From: an uncultured Klebsiella sp.
GTDB lineage: Bacteria > Pseudomonadota > Gammaproteobacteria > Ga0077536
Length of the DNA: 64,000 nucleotides
Direction of reading: 5' to 3'
Assembly: GCA_964555355.1 (NCBI GenBank)
Contig: CAZKRY010000001.1
Coordinates: 343,177-407,176 of the forward strand
Shown here piece after piece: positions 18,697-28,440 of this stretch. A program made the position numbers and the translations under genes. Within the stretch, counting starts at the first letter, position 1; every line of letters starts with the position of its first letter. The notes beneath the pieces were generated by a model. That model ran no database searches. It was not told the DNA's origin and saw only the letters and a list, made by a program, of their open reading frames with translations.

Positions 18697-20094
18697 ATGA
18701 ATTCCACCGACCACGACGCGGCGTTGGAACTGCTGAAGCATCTCGCGCGCGTATTCGGTCTCGCCCCAAGCGTGTTCGATTTGCAGCGCGCATGCGTCAT
18801 CCGCGGAAATCTTGCCGCGACGGGCGAAATTTCCCCACGCTGCGAACTCATCGTTCTGCTGGCACCCGATGCCGCGGCCTGTGCACAGCTCGATCTGGTC
18901 GCTTCAGTGCACCCACCGATATCGGATTTGTTTGCGGTCAACGAACGACCCTCGTTGCGCATGTCGTCGCTGCACGGTTATCAAACTTTTGTTGACGATA
19001 AGGGACACTGTCGGCCAGTGGTGCGGGATGCCGCGGGTCGCAACGCATGGATCGAAGTTGAGCAGGGCGGCCGTCGCTGGCTCGTGGTTGGCACAGCGCT
19101 TGTGGCTGACCTCGAACGCTTTCGTCAGGGTGACCCTGCGCGAGCCAACGATCGTTCGCAGAGTGCGAAATGGGATTTTGCGTTCGAGCGCCCGAACTAT
19201 CTGTTCGAGGCCCAGTTGCAGGGGCTCGATGCGCGCGTGCGCCACGCGGACTACTGGTGCGAAACGCTCGTCGGCGCGATTGCCGGCGCCATCCCGACAG
19301 CGCGAAGGCCGATCCTGCCGGGCGATGCACCGGGCGCGCTCGTGATCACCGGCGACGACGATCAGGCTTACCTCGAAAAATATGCGGCACAGCAGGAGGC
19401 GCTTGCAGGACTGCCAATTACCTATCTGATGCATCCGCTGACGCGACATGACCGCCAGAGCGCCAGGCGCATGTTTGGATGTCGACGAGTGGAACTCGGC
19501 ATCCATCCGGACGCGCTCGAGACGCCTTCGGCGTATGGCTCTCGGCTCGATGAACAAGTCCGTTGGTTCGAGTCTCGTTTTGGCTTTAGAGCCACGAGCG
19601 TGCGCAATCACGGCTTTCTCAACGATGGGTATTGGGGACATCTACCCGCTTGGCAGACCGCAGGAATCCATATCAGCTCAAATATTCCGGGCTTGGACGG
19701 TAATTTGTTGAACGCATCAATGTTGCCAGGGCGCGTACTGTTCGATGGCGTCTTGTCATCGCACTGGTCCGTTCTGACGACATTTGGCGACGGCATGGTG
19801 TTCGCGCTTGGCTTATCGGACATGGCGGCGTCGGCGCGCGTCGGCGACAGCGCCGCCGCGATCGTCGCGTCCCGCGTGCCGGGCGTCATCGTCGTAAATC
19901 TCCATCCGCAGAACATTGACAGCACTCGACGGATTCACGATGTCCTGCGCGAGATTGCACAAATGGGCTTTGTAGCGTGGACGCTCGCCGATTGCTGGCG
20001 CTGGTTCAATGAACTTGATCGGCGCGAAACGCCGCGGCCGTTCCTACACCGAGCGGCAGTGACTGCGCGCAGTCTGTTGCGAGTAAGATCGTGA
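18697..20094 (+). CDS. Hypothetical protein; the C-terminal half resembles the polysaccharide deacetylase/CE4-like fold
   Basis: ITGDDD, HPD, RNHG and NLHP motifs are spaced as in NodB-type deacetylases. The N-terminal 200 aa are of unknown function. Confidence 0.35.
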   Translation: MNSTDHDAALELLKHLARVFGLAPSVFDLQRACVIRGNLAATGEISPRCELIVLLAPDAAACAQLDLVASVHPPISDLFAVNERPSLRMSSLHGYQTFVDDKGHCRPVVRDAAGRNAWIEVEQGGRRWLVVGTALVADLERFRQGDPARANDRSQSAKWDFAFERPNYLFEAQLQGLDARVRHADYWCETLVGAIAGAIPTARRPILPGDAPGALVITGDDDQAYLEKYAAQQEALAGLPITYLMHPLTRHDRQSARRMFGCRRVELGIHPDALETPSAYGSRLDEQVRWFESRFGFRATSVRNHGFLNDGYWGHLPAWQTAGIHISSNIPGLDGNLLNASMLPGRVLFDGVLSSHWSVLTTFGDGMVFALGLSDMAASARVGDSAAAIVASRVPGVIVVNLHPQNIDSTRRIHDVLREIAQMGFVAWTLADCWRWFNELDRRETPRPFLHRAAVTARSLLRVRS

Positions 20095-21683
20095 CTTTTG
20101 TTAAGACTGCCACTTTGTCCTGGTCCGCGAACCTGCAAACTGGCTGGCGTAACTATCAATGGCGCAGGCTGAACGGATTGCGCGAAGCGCAACGGTTGGA
20201 GGTGTTGTGGCGCGGTGCTCCACCGGTTGAGCGCTTCGACTCCTGGGACCCGGCTCCATGGCGTCACCCGTGGCTCACTCCGGATAATCTACGCGCAATG
20301 CGCGACTACAGCGAAACGTGCCTCACACGTTGGCAACACGAAGCCGACACGCCTCATGTCGGGCAATCGGAACGCTACGCGTTCATCGGCAACCTCGCGA
20401 ATAACATGTACATGCGTGCGCGTCCGCTGCGCCGGCTTGGCCTCGACATCGACGTCTATTTGCACCCTCAGGATCACTATGTGATGAGCCAACCGGGCTG
20501 GGAGGAATTGCACGGACTGATCGAAAGTTCCGAGACAGATATGCGGCGGTTGCGTGAGCAGGGGGTAACCCTGCCAACGGTGCCTGGAGTCTATCAGTCG
20601 CCAGAGTCCGCACCGATTTCCGCGCAAGAGGCATATCTACGCTACCCGCATTTGTCGGCGCGCGATGTCCTGCGTTGGCTGCCATACCTGAACGGACACG
20701 ACTGGCTGCATGAACTCGCGGGCTACGACGCATTGCTGTGCGCACAGTCAACCTTCGTCGGATTGTTGTCCGGCCAACCGTATGTGGCCGCGCACGTCGG
20801 CGGCGATATCTGGTATGAATGTTCGCGCGGCGACTTACTCGGCAGGCTGCAACTCGAAGCCTATCGTCGCGCTGCGGTAATGCTCGCGTCGAACCCGTGG
20901 AGCTTCGCTCACGCGCGACGCTACGGCTTGTGTAACGCCATCTATGTCCCGCTGGTACTCGACGAAGAGTTCTATGCGCCAGGTCCGAGCCCGTTTCGCC
21001 AGACCTGGATGAACTCGAGCGGTGGCGACTTTTTTGTGTTCAGCGCGGTTCGTCAGAACGATGCGATTAAGGGAACGCTCACCGGACTCGAGGGCTTCGC
21101 GCGTTTCGCAGCGAACCGGCCGGGCGCCAGGCTGGTCATCGTCGAATGGGGCCAGCAGTCCGACCTCAATCTAGAACGGTTCGCAGCACTCGGTATCAGC
21201 GACAAAGTTATCCGTGTGCCGATTGCCGGAAAGCGGCGCGTTGTCGACTACCTGCGTTCGGCCGACTGCTCAATCGACCAGTTTACGCTCGGCTATTACG
21301 GCGCTAGCGCCCTCGAGGCCATGGGTTGCGGCCTGCCTGTCATCATGCGTATCGAACACGCGCAGTACGCCGCATTATGTCGCGCCGGTGCACCGCCGGT
21401 GGTCGAGGCGGCGACAGCCGGAGAAGTTGCCTCGGCGCTTGAACGGTTAAGAGCGAACGTCGATCTTCGTCGCGCCACAGCGAGTGCGCAGCGAGATTGG
21501 TTTGTGGCCGCCCATGGGGCCAAGGCCTGGTATCCGGCGCTCGTGGCGATGTTGCGTGTGACAGCGACTGGGCGTCGGGAGCGCTTCGCGCATTCACCGC
21601 TGCGGATGCGTCTTTCGACGGTAGAACGCGACTATCACACGCAGGGTCTGGCCCGCGCCCCGAAATTTCCAAACTATCAATGA
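20091..21683 (+). CDS. GT-B fold glycosyltransferase (GT4-like), paralog 1 of 3
   Basis: N-terminal IGNLANNMY motif shared with the other two paralogs. C-terminal donor-binding domain (EAMGCGLPVIM). GTGA overlap with the upstream gene. Confidence 0.55.
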   Translation: MTFVKTATLSWSANLQTGWRNYQWRRLNGLREAQRLEVLWRGAPPVERFDSWDPAPWRHPWLTPDNLRAMRDYSETCLTRWQHEADTPHVGQSERYAFIGNLANNMYMRARPLRRLGLDIDVYLHPQDHYVMSQPGWEELHGLIESSETDMRRLREQGVTLPTVPGVYQSPESAPISAQEAYLRYPHLSARDVLRWLPYLNGHDWLHELAGYDALLCAQSTFVGLLSGQPYVAAHVGGDIWYECSRGDLLGRLQLEAYRRAAVMLASNPWSFAHARRYGLCNAIYVPLVLDEEFYAPGPSPFRQTWMNSSGGDFFVFSAVRQNDAIKGTLTGLEGFARFAANRPGARLVIVEWGQQSDLNLERFAALGISDKVIRVPIAGKRRVVDYLRSADCSIDQFTLGYYGASALEAMGCGLPVIMRIEHAQYAALCRAGAPPVVEAATAGEVASALERLRANVDLRRATASAQRDWFVAAHGAKAWYPALVAMLRVTATGRRERFAHSPLRMRLSTVERDYHTQGLARAPKFPNYQ

Positions 21684-22744
21684 GCAGCGAGCTGACTGTC
21701 CGTTACTACCTAGCAGGCGAGCTGCCGATGGCCGAATACGAAGGCTGGCTCGCGAACCGCCGCAACGCGCTGATCTACGCCGCGCCGATGTTCCATCGCT
21801 TCCTCGGTGCGGCGGTTGGTGGTGAGTGTCATTATTTGATCGCGCGGCGCGGAGATTCGCTATGCGGTGCGCTAGCATTTTTTAGACGCGATGTGCTGGG
21901 CATCGGCTGTGTCGTCAACAGTCTACCCTGGTACGGCACACACGGTGCTTGCATTGGTGTCGACGCAGACGATGTCGCTACCCGAGTTTCTCTTATCGGT
22001 ACTTTCCGCGATTACACGCGTGAGGCGCGACCACTGTCATCGACGCTAATCCTCACGCCCGAAGAATCGCTGCACGCTGACGAGTACACAGCGGGCCAAG
22101 CGCACGTCGTTACCGATGGTCGTATTGGACAGTGGACGCGTCTGCCGCAAAGCGGCAGTGCACCTGATCTTGCGGCGACATTGCTGCAGAAAACTCGTAA
22201 CCTCGTCAACAAGTCACTACGCCAAGGCTTTCGCGAAGAAATTGGGGATGAATCAGACGCAGCGTGGGAATTTCTCGGTAACGTGCATGCGGAGAATCTA
22301 CGGGCGATAGGCGGCAAGGCAAAACCATGGGCGCATTTCGAAGCCTTACGTGCTGAGATCCCGCTACCACATCGCCGCTTAACGATCGCCTGGCTCGGCG
22401 ATGAACCCGTTGCCGCACTCCTGCTTCTCGCGTTTAACGAGACAGTGGAATACGTAACTCCGGTGATCCGGGCCGAGTATCGTTCGCAGCAACCGCTGTC
22501 GTTTTTGATCTGGCAAGGCATGCTCTGGGCTATGCAGCAAGGTTTTCGCTGGTGGAACTGGGGCGGTACCTGGAGCACCCAGACGAACCTACTACATTTC
22601 AAGGCGGGTTGGGGCGCGCTCGAACGGCCGTACACTTATGTCATCAGCGCATCGCCGGACGCGCTCACGCAGTTTCGTACGGGGTTCGACGAACTCGCAC
22701 AGGCTTTTCCTTACTACTACCTTTATCCGCACGGTAGTCTTTGA
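21680..22744 (+). CDS. FemAB/BioF2-like GNAT-fold acyltransferase-family protein (second copy)
   Basis: The start is reset to ATG 21680, whose ATGA overlaps the upstream stop; the ORF-track start 21497 would overlap the upstream gene by 190 nt. Similar length and architecture to 17543..18667. Confidence 0.45.
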   Translation: MSSELTVRYYLAGELPMAEYEGWLANRRNALIYAAPMFHRFLGAAVGGECHYLIARRGDSLCGALAFFRRDVLGIGCVVNSLPWYGTHGACIGVDADDVATRVSLIGTFRDYTREARPLSSTLILTPEESLHADEYTAGQAHVVTDGRIGQWTRLPQSGSAPDLAATLLQKTRNLVNKSLRQGFREEIGDESDAAWEFLGNVHAENLRAIGGKAKPWAHFEALRAEIPLPHRRLTIAWLGDEPVAALLLLAFNETVEYVTPVIRAEYRSQQPLSFLIWQGMLWAMQQGFRWWNWGGTWSTQTNLLHFKAGWGALERPYTYVISASPDALTQFRTGFDELAQAFPYYYLYPHGSL

Positions 22745-23799
22745 TGAGCACGATCCCCCACAGTCGCCCAACGCTCGAGCATCACGACATTGAACGTATT
22801 ACTGCGCAATTCGCCTCAGGCATGGTTGCCGAAGGCGAACTGACGGCGGCAGTCGAAGCCCGGTTGGCTCAGCGCTGGCGCATGGTCGCCGCCACCGCGA
22901 CAGGGTCCGGCACGCAAGCGCTTGTTCTCGCGCTCGCCGCGCTCGGTGTCGACAGTAGCGCCGAGGTGATATGCCCGGACTATGTATGCCCGGAGGTGCT
23001 CGCGGCGATCGAGGCGCGTGGAGCCACGCCCGTGCTAGTCGACATTGGCGAAGACTATTTCCCTTCGCGGGACAGCCTCGTGGGTGCGATAACCTCCCGT
23101 ACTGGCGCCATCGTGCTGCCATTTTTGTTTGGGCTCTATAAGCCACTAGACGGTTTGCGGGATCTAGGGGTGCCGTTGATCGCCGATTGCGCGCAGTTTT
23201 TCCCCGCGCAAAATTCCGCGGTCGACGTGGCTGCGGACCTCATCGTGCTTTCCTTCGAGGGCACCAAGTTGTTGACGAGCGGAGAAGGTGGAGCCGTGCT
23301 CGCGGAGAGTGCATCACTTGGCGCGCGAGTCGCCAAGTACAAACGTCTAGACGATGGACCCTACAAGCGAAACCTTTATCCCTTCTCCGATCTGCAGGCA
23401 GCTCTCCTCGACGCGCAGCTCGATCGAATTGACGAATTTCTTGACCGGCGCCATCGGCTCGCGGAGCATTACAAAACTGGGCTACAACTGGCGCCGCATA
23501 TCTCCTGTCCCGGCTGGCTAGCGCCGTACTCCTGCTTCTTTCGGTATCCGTTGCGCATTGAGAACGCGCCCGACGAGTTGGTCGCGCGCCTGATCGAGTT
23601 CTGTGGCGCGCGCGATGTCGCTGTGCGCAGACCTGTAGACACACTGCTGCACAGACTGCGTCCGCAAGCCATGGACTTCCCTGGCGCCGAACGGGCATGG
23701 CGCGAGACGCTGTCGATACCGATTTACCCTGGGCTTGCCGCAACCGAGCAGACCCGGGTCATCGACGTCGTCAACGAAGCATTGGCCGCCTGCGGCTAG
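22744..23799 (+). CDS. DegT/DnrJ/EryC1/StrS-family aminotransferase (short form)
   Basis: PLP-lysine region SFEGTKLLTSGEGG. ATG 22744 overlaps the upstream stop (tgATGa). Confidence 0.7.
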   Translation: MSTIPHSRPTLEHHDIERITAQFASGMVAEGELTAAVEARLAQRWRMVAATATGSGTQALVLALAALGVDSSAEVICPDYVCPEVLAAIEARGATPVLVDIGEDYFPSRDSLVGAITSRTGAIVLPFLFGLYKPLDGLRDLGVPLIADCAQFFPAQNSAVDVAADLIVLSFEGTKLLTSGEGGAVLAESASLGARVAKYKRLDDGPYKRNLYPFSDLQAALLDAQLDRIDEFLDRRHRLAEHYKTGLQLAPHISCPGWLAPYSCFFRYPLRIENAPDELVARLIEFCGARDVAVRRPVDTLLHRLRPQAMDFPGAERAWRETLSIPIYPGLAATEQTRVIDVVNEALAACG

Positions 23800-23808
23800 G
23801 AGGACCTA

Positions 23809-24807
23809 TTGGACGAACCAATACGAGTCGAACAGCTGCGAAAGGATTCTCGTCTGGAGCACCGTCTCGCGGAGGTGAACGCGCTGCTGGCTCCCGTCGA
23901 GGAAAAGTTGCAACACGAGATTGCTGCGGTCGAGCCTCCGTTGGTATTCGTCGTCGGTATGGCGCGGTCAGGCACGACGCTCGCCGGTCAGCTCTTGGCG
24001 AGCGCTGGGTTTGGTTATGTTAGTAATTTCGTGGCCCGCTTCTGGCGTGCACCCGCACTCGGCGCGACTTTGCAACGCACGGTGTTGAAGGTTGGAGACG
24101 CACTGAGCAGTAGCTTCCAGTCACACCATGGGGTGACGGATGGTTGGTTCGAACCGCACGAGTTCGGGTATTTCTGGGACCGCTGGTTCGATCTGGGGCA
24201 GGCCACGCACAAGCTTGATGTCGAACTGCGTTCGCGTGTCGATCGGGAGGGCCTCCATCGCGCGGTGAGTGCGCTACAGCAGGTGGAAGGGCGTCCCTTT
24301 ACCTTTAAGAACAATACGTGGTGCAGCCTACAGGCAAGTTGGTTGGCAAACCTTTTCCCGCGTTCGATCTTCGTGGTGTGTCGTCGTCCGGCGTGCTGGA
24401 TCGCGCAGTCGCTGTGCCTCGCGCGCGAGGAACGTTATGGCAGCCGCGATAGCTGGTGGTCGATCCGCCCGAGTACCTACGCGTCGTTCGTCGGGTTGCC
24501 GTGGTGGGAGCAGATCGCCGCACAGGTCATCGATTTCGACATTGAGATGGATGCCGAACTGACGCAGATCCCGTCCAGTAGGCTCATCGAAATCGAGTAT
24601 GGCGATTTATGTGCCAACCCTCGCGGGCTTATTGCACGGACCGCCTCGCAACTCCTGGGCATGGGGATACAATTCACCCCGGTGTCCGAACGAATTCCCG
24701 AACGACTCGCGTCGCGTGATACCCAGCGGCTCGTCGATGCAGACTGGCGGCGACTTAACGACGCAATTGAACAGCGGGCACAGTCCCGTCAGCGCAAGGT
24801 GACTTGA
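23809..24807 (+). CDS. Sulfotransferase-family protein (PAPS-dependent)
   Basis: 5'-PSB P-loop-like motif VVGMARSGTT near residue 45, and a downstream RxxxxS-type region; ~330 aa. Confidence 0.6.
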   Translation: MDEPIRVEQLRKDSRLEHRLAEVNALLAPVEEKLQHEIAAVEPPLVFVVGMARSGTTLAGQLLASAGFGYVSNFVARFWRAPALGATLQRTVLKVGDALSSSFQSHHGVTDGWFEPHEFGYFWDRWFDLGQATHKLDVELRSRVDREGLHRAVSALQQVEGRPFTFKNNTWCSLQASWLANLFPRSIFVVCRRPACWIAQSLCLAREERYGSRDSWWSIRPSTYASFVGLPWWEQIAAQVIDFDIEMDAELTQIPSSRLIEIEYGDLCANPRGLIARTASQLLGMGIQFTPVSERIPERLASRDTQRLVDADWRRLNDAIEQRAQSRQRKVT

Positions 24808-25955
24808 TCATGCAGATAACTTTTCCCTCCTTCGACGAGGCCGAAATTTCGGCGCTGCGCGAATGCCTCGGCAGCGGCTGGGTGACCCAGGGTCCGATGG
24901 TGGCGCGCTTCGAAAAGCTCATCGCCGAATTTCATCAGGTTCAACATGCGCTCGCCACCACCTCCTGTACCGCCGCCTTGCATCTTGCGACCGCCGCGCT
25001 GCAACTGAGCCGCGGCGACGAGGTGCTGGTTCCGGCTTTCACGTGGGTGACCTCCGCGCATTGTGCAGAGTACATGGGCGCACGGGCTTGTTTCGTGGAC
25101 GTCGATCCGAACACGTTCAACTTAGACCCAGTCGCGCTCGAGGCCGCAATCACGCCCCGATCGCGCGCGATTGTCGCGGTGCATTTGTTCGGGCTGGCGG
25201 CGCCGATGGACGAGATCATGGCCATTGCGAAGCGCCACGGACTCGCCGTGATCGAGGACGCGGCCTGTGCGATCGGAACGCGCTACCAAGGCAAGCCCAT
25301 TGGCGGCATCGGGGACTTCGGATGTTTCTCGTTTCATCCGCGCAAGGTGGTGACGACAGGCGAAGGCGGCATGGTGACGACCAACAACGCGGAGTACGCC
25401 CGACGCGTCCAAAGTCTGCGTAACCATGGCGCAACCGGTCTGCCGCCGGTAACTGAAGCAGAGCCACATGGCCCATGGACCATGGCGCGATTTGAGATGC
25501 TCGGGTTCAACCTCCGACTGTCGGATATCCAAGCCGCCGTTGGTGTCGCCCAAATGGCGAAGCTCGAAACCCTATTAGCCGAACGTAAGGCCGCGGCGGT
25601 CCATTACTCATCCATGCTCGAAAATATCGATGAGTTGGCTGTCCCCGACACACTCGCGCTCGACGGGCATACCTACCAGTCTTACGTCGTTCGCGTGTTG
25701 AAGGGCGGTCGTGTGCGCCGCAATCGATTGATGGCCGCACTCGACGCAGCGGGGATCCAGACACGTCCCGGCACGCATGCCGTGCACCGTCTTGATTATT
25801 ATGCCCGCAAGTACGAGTTAGCTCCGGAGGCATATCCGAACGCCGCACTATGCGAGGACACCACTATCACGCTGCCAATCTTCCCCGGCATGCAGGAGAG
25901 GGATCGAGAATCTGTCGTGGCTTGCATAAGAGACGGCTTGGTTAAATCGAATTGA
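24804..25955 (+). CDS. DegT/DnrJ/EryC1/StrS-family PLP aminotransferase
   Basis: Typical DegT fold with PLP lysine (FSFHPRKVVTTGEGG). The TTG 24804 start overlaps the upstream stop; an alternative ATG is at 24810. Confidence 0.8.
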   Translation: MIMQITFPSFDEAEISALRECLGSGWVTQGPMVARFEKLIAEFHQVQHALATTSCTAALHLATAALQLSRGDEVLVPAFTWVTSAHCAEYMGARACFVDVDPNTFNLDPVALEAAITPRSRAIVAVHLFGLAAPMDEIMAIAKRHGLAVIEDAACAIGTRYQGKPIGGIGDFGCFSFHPRKVVTTGEGGMVTTNNAEYARRVQSLRNHGATGLPPVTEAEPHGPWTMARFEMLGFNLRLSDIQAAVGVAQMAKLETLLAERKAAAVHYSSMLENIDELAVPDTLALDGHTYQSYVVRVLKGGRVRRNRLMAALDAAGIQTRPGTHAVHRLDYYARKYELAPEAYPNAALCEDTTITLPIFPGMQERDRESVVACIRDGLVKSN

Positions 25956-25965
25956 GTCAGTTCGG

Positions 25966-27636
25966 ATGACTGAAGACGCCGCCGTCGAGACGCCGTACGC
26001 CTTCCATTGGGTCCAGGACTTCATTGGCCGACACGGTCGTAAGCCCCGCATTCTACACATCGGCAACATCGCGAATAACGCGTTCATCAACTGCAAGTTG
26101 TTGAACGCCGCCGGACTGGACTGCGATCTCATCTGTTACGACTACTACCATCTCATGGGCTGTCCGGAGTGGGAGGAAGCGGACATCGACGTAGTGCCGG
26201 AAGACCAGGCGTTTCCGGATTGGACCAAAATTGACCTACGGGGCTATCAACGCCCGCGCTGGTTCGTTCAAGGTCCGTTGAGTCTATGCATCGACTATTT
26301 GTTGGCGCGCCGACAGGGGCGTCGGGTTGCCGAGATTTGCCGCTGGCGAGAACTTGCGCGCTTCAATCACACACAGACTGCAGCCATGGAGCCAATCGAT
26401 CGTGCACTGGCACTATCGGAATGGTCACTCGGAGCTCCTGGCCAATTTTGGCGCGGGACGATATCGCTTTGTGTACGGGTGGCGCAGCGCGCCCGCCGGA
26501 TGGCATGCTTAGTTGCGAGGCATCTGCGCCGCCTATCGAGAGACGCCTTGTTGGCGTCACCATTGAGATCGCTGAAGCGATGGATCGTCGCGGTCGAAGC
26601 AAGCGTGTTTCGAGCCAGTCGTGCATTTCGCGTCAAGGCTCAACTCCACCGTTCGCTGGACGTAGAAAGCATCTGCACGCGTTTCGGGGGCTACTTTCCG
26701 AACCGCGCGGACCAATTACAGCCAGCGGAACTCGACCCCTATTTACAAACGATCCCGCGCTGGAGCGCGCTTTTTGATCACTACGATCTGATCCAAGCTT
26801 ATGCAACCGACCCCTTACTTCCCGCGCTCACCGGGCATCGCGCGGTTGCTTTCGAGCACGGCACGTTGCGCACCTTTTTGTGGGGCGACACGTCACTGCA
26901 TCGACTTACGTCGCTTGGATACCGGCACGCCGCGCATGTCTTTGTGACCAACGGCGATTGCCTCGAACACGCAGTGCGCCTCGGTGTGCCGAGCTATAGC
27001 GCGATGTTGCATCCGGTTGATGTTGATCAGCATCGTACAGCTGGGCTAGAACTGTCGGCGACGATTCGCGAAGAGTACGCGGCGGACTGTCTTTTGCTCT
27101 GTCCGCTCCGGCACGATTGGGCCATCAAGGGCACGGACATCCATCTCCGCGCTCTGCCGTTGATCAAGGCCCGATACAATGGGCGATTAGTTGTGCTCCT
27201 GACGGAATGGGGTGCGGACCTCGCCGCGAGCAAAGCGCTCGTGCGCGAACTCGGCTGCGAGCAGAACGTACGTTGGATCGCGCCGCTAGGGCGCATCCGG
27301 CTAATCGCGCATACGCGCGCCGCCGACGTCGTTCTCGACCAAATCGCGCTACCGCACTTCGGGGCGACGGCGCCGCAGTCACTGGCGGTCGGCACGCCGG
27401 TCGTCAGCAGCTACGATCCACGCAGTACGGAGTGGATAGTCGATGAGCCGGCGCCCATTTTGCCGGCCTTCAATCCAGAGGAAGTCGCGGAGGCCGTGCT
27501 GACCGCCATGGATCCTGCTTGGCGTATCGAACACGCTCGGCGCGCACGGCAGTGGATTGATCATCATCATCATCACCGGCGGGTGGTCGCAGACCATCTC
27601 AAAATCTATGAACGGCTCATTAAGGCCACGGAGTAA
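25966..27636 (+). CDS. GT-B fold glycosyltransferase (GT4-like), paralog 2 of 3
   Basis: N-terminal RILHIGNIANNAF...CDLICYDYYHLMGCPEWEE motif. C-terminal GT-B domain (TEWGADL...VGTPVVS). His-rich C-terminal tail HHHHHRR. Confidence 0.55.
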   Translation: MTEDAAVETPYAFHWVQDFIGRHGRKPRILHIGNIANNAFINCKLLNAAGLDCDLICYDYYHLMGCPEWEEADIDVVPEDQAFPDWTKIDLRGYQRPRWFVQGPLSLCIDYLLARRQGRRVAEICRWRELARFNHTQTAAMEPIDRALALSEWSLGAPGQFWRGTISLCVRVAQRARRMACLVARHLRRLSRDALLASPLRSLKRWIVAVEASVFRASRAFRVKAQLHRSLDVESICTRFGGYFPNRADQLQPAELDPYLQTIPRWSALFDHYDLIQAYATDPLLPALTGHRAVAFEHGTLRTFLWGDTSLHRLTSLGYRHAAHVFVTNGDCLEHAVRLGVPSYSAMLHPVDVDQHRTAGLELSATIREEYAADCLLLCPLRHDWAIKGTDIHLRALPLIKARYNGRLVVLLTEWGADLAASKALVRELGCEQNVRWIAPLGRIRLIAHTRAADVVLDQIALPHFGATAPQSLAVGTPVVSSYDPRSTEWIVDEPAPILPAFNPEEVAEAVLTAMDPAWRIEHARRARQWIDHHHHHRRVVADHLKIYERLIKATE

Positions 27637-27641
27637 TTGGC

Positions 27642-28433
27642 ATGTCCATTACCGACGACGCACAACTGCTTAAAGAGCGTTACGAGAGTATCGCGCTCAG
27701 CTTAGACGACAAGACCACCGCATCCGACTATCTGCTGCGGGAACTCGAAATCGATCTCGGCGCCCAATACATGCACCCCGATCAGCAGGTTCTCGATGTC
27801 GGCTGTGGCTTGGGTTACGCGCTCCGTCAGTACGCGCAGCGCTGCAAGGTATCCGGCGTCGGTCTCGATTACGCCGAGAACATGGTCAAGTCGGCGCACC
27901 AGCGGGTTGTGGACACGATGCCCGACGCGCCGATCGAATTTGTGCATGGTTCGGTCGCGGACATGCCGCTTGATAGCGGGCGCTTTGATGTCGTCACCAG
28001 TCATCGCTGCCTGATGGCATTGCTCGATTGGGACCTCCAACGCGCAGCGTTGCGAGATATACATCGCGTCCTAAAGCCGGGCGGCATCCTCGTACTCATG
28101 GAAGGGACGCTCGACGGCCTTGAACGCCTTAACTTCTATCGCCGGCTGTTTGGTCTAGCGGAAATCGAAGCGGACGGACGTGATCGCCTACTGACGCGCA
28201 AGTTCCGCGAGAAAGCGTTGCTGGATGAAGTCGGGACTGGGTTTGAACTGCTACGCACCCAACGCTTCGGGATGTACTACTTCCTGACGCGCATTGTGCA
28301 ACCGCTGTTCGTCGCGCCGGACGCCCCGCGTTACGACCACAAGCTCAATGAAATCGCGCATCGTATCGCCAAAGCCATCCCCGATCTTGACGGCATCGGT
28401 CACCTGGTCGGCTTTGTGCTGCGGAAGCGGTAG
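27642..28433 (+). CDS. Class I SAM-dependent methyltransferase
   Basis: Motif I VLDVGCGLGY, motif II LKPGGILVLME. Confidence 0.75.
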   Translation: MSITDDAQLLKERYESIALSLDDKTTASDYLLRELEIDLGAQYMHPDQQVLDVGCGLGYALRQYAQRCKVSGVGLDYAENMVKSAHQRVVDTMPDAPIEFVHGSVADMPLDSGRFDVVTSHRCLMALLDWDLQRAALRDIHRVLKPGGILVLMEGTLDGLERLNFYRRLFGLAEIEADGRDRLLTRKFREKALLDEVGTGFELLRTQRFGMYYFLTRIVQPLFVAPDAPRYDHKLNEIAHRIAKAIPDLDGIGHLVGFVLRKR

Positions 28434-28440
28434 TCCGCGC

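Noticed and set aside
18812-19925. Long antisense and alternative-frame ORFs (18904..19641-, 245 aa; 18812..19345+; 18938..19330-; 19608..19925-) inside the 18697..20094 gene
   Set aside because: They are Arg/Pro/Ala-rich with no domain signatures. They are embedded in a unidirectional, translationally coupled operon whose sense-frame gene keeps its own conserved motif cluster.
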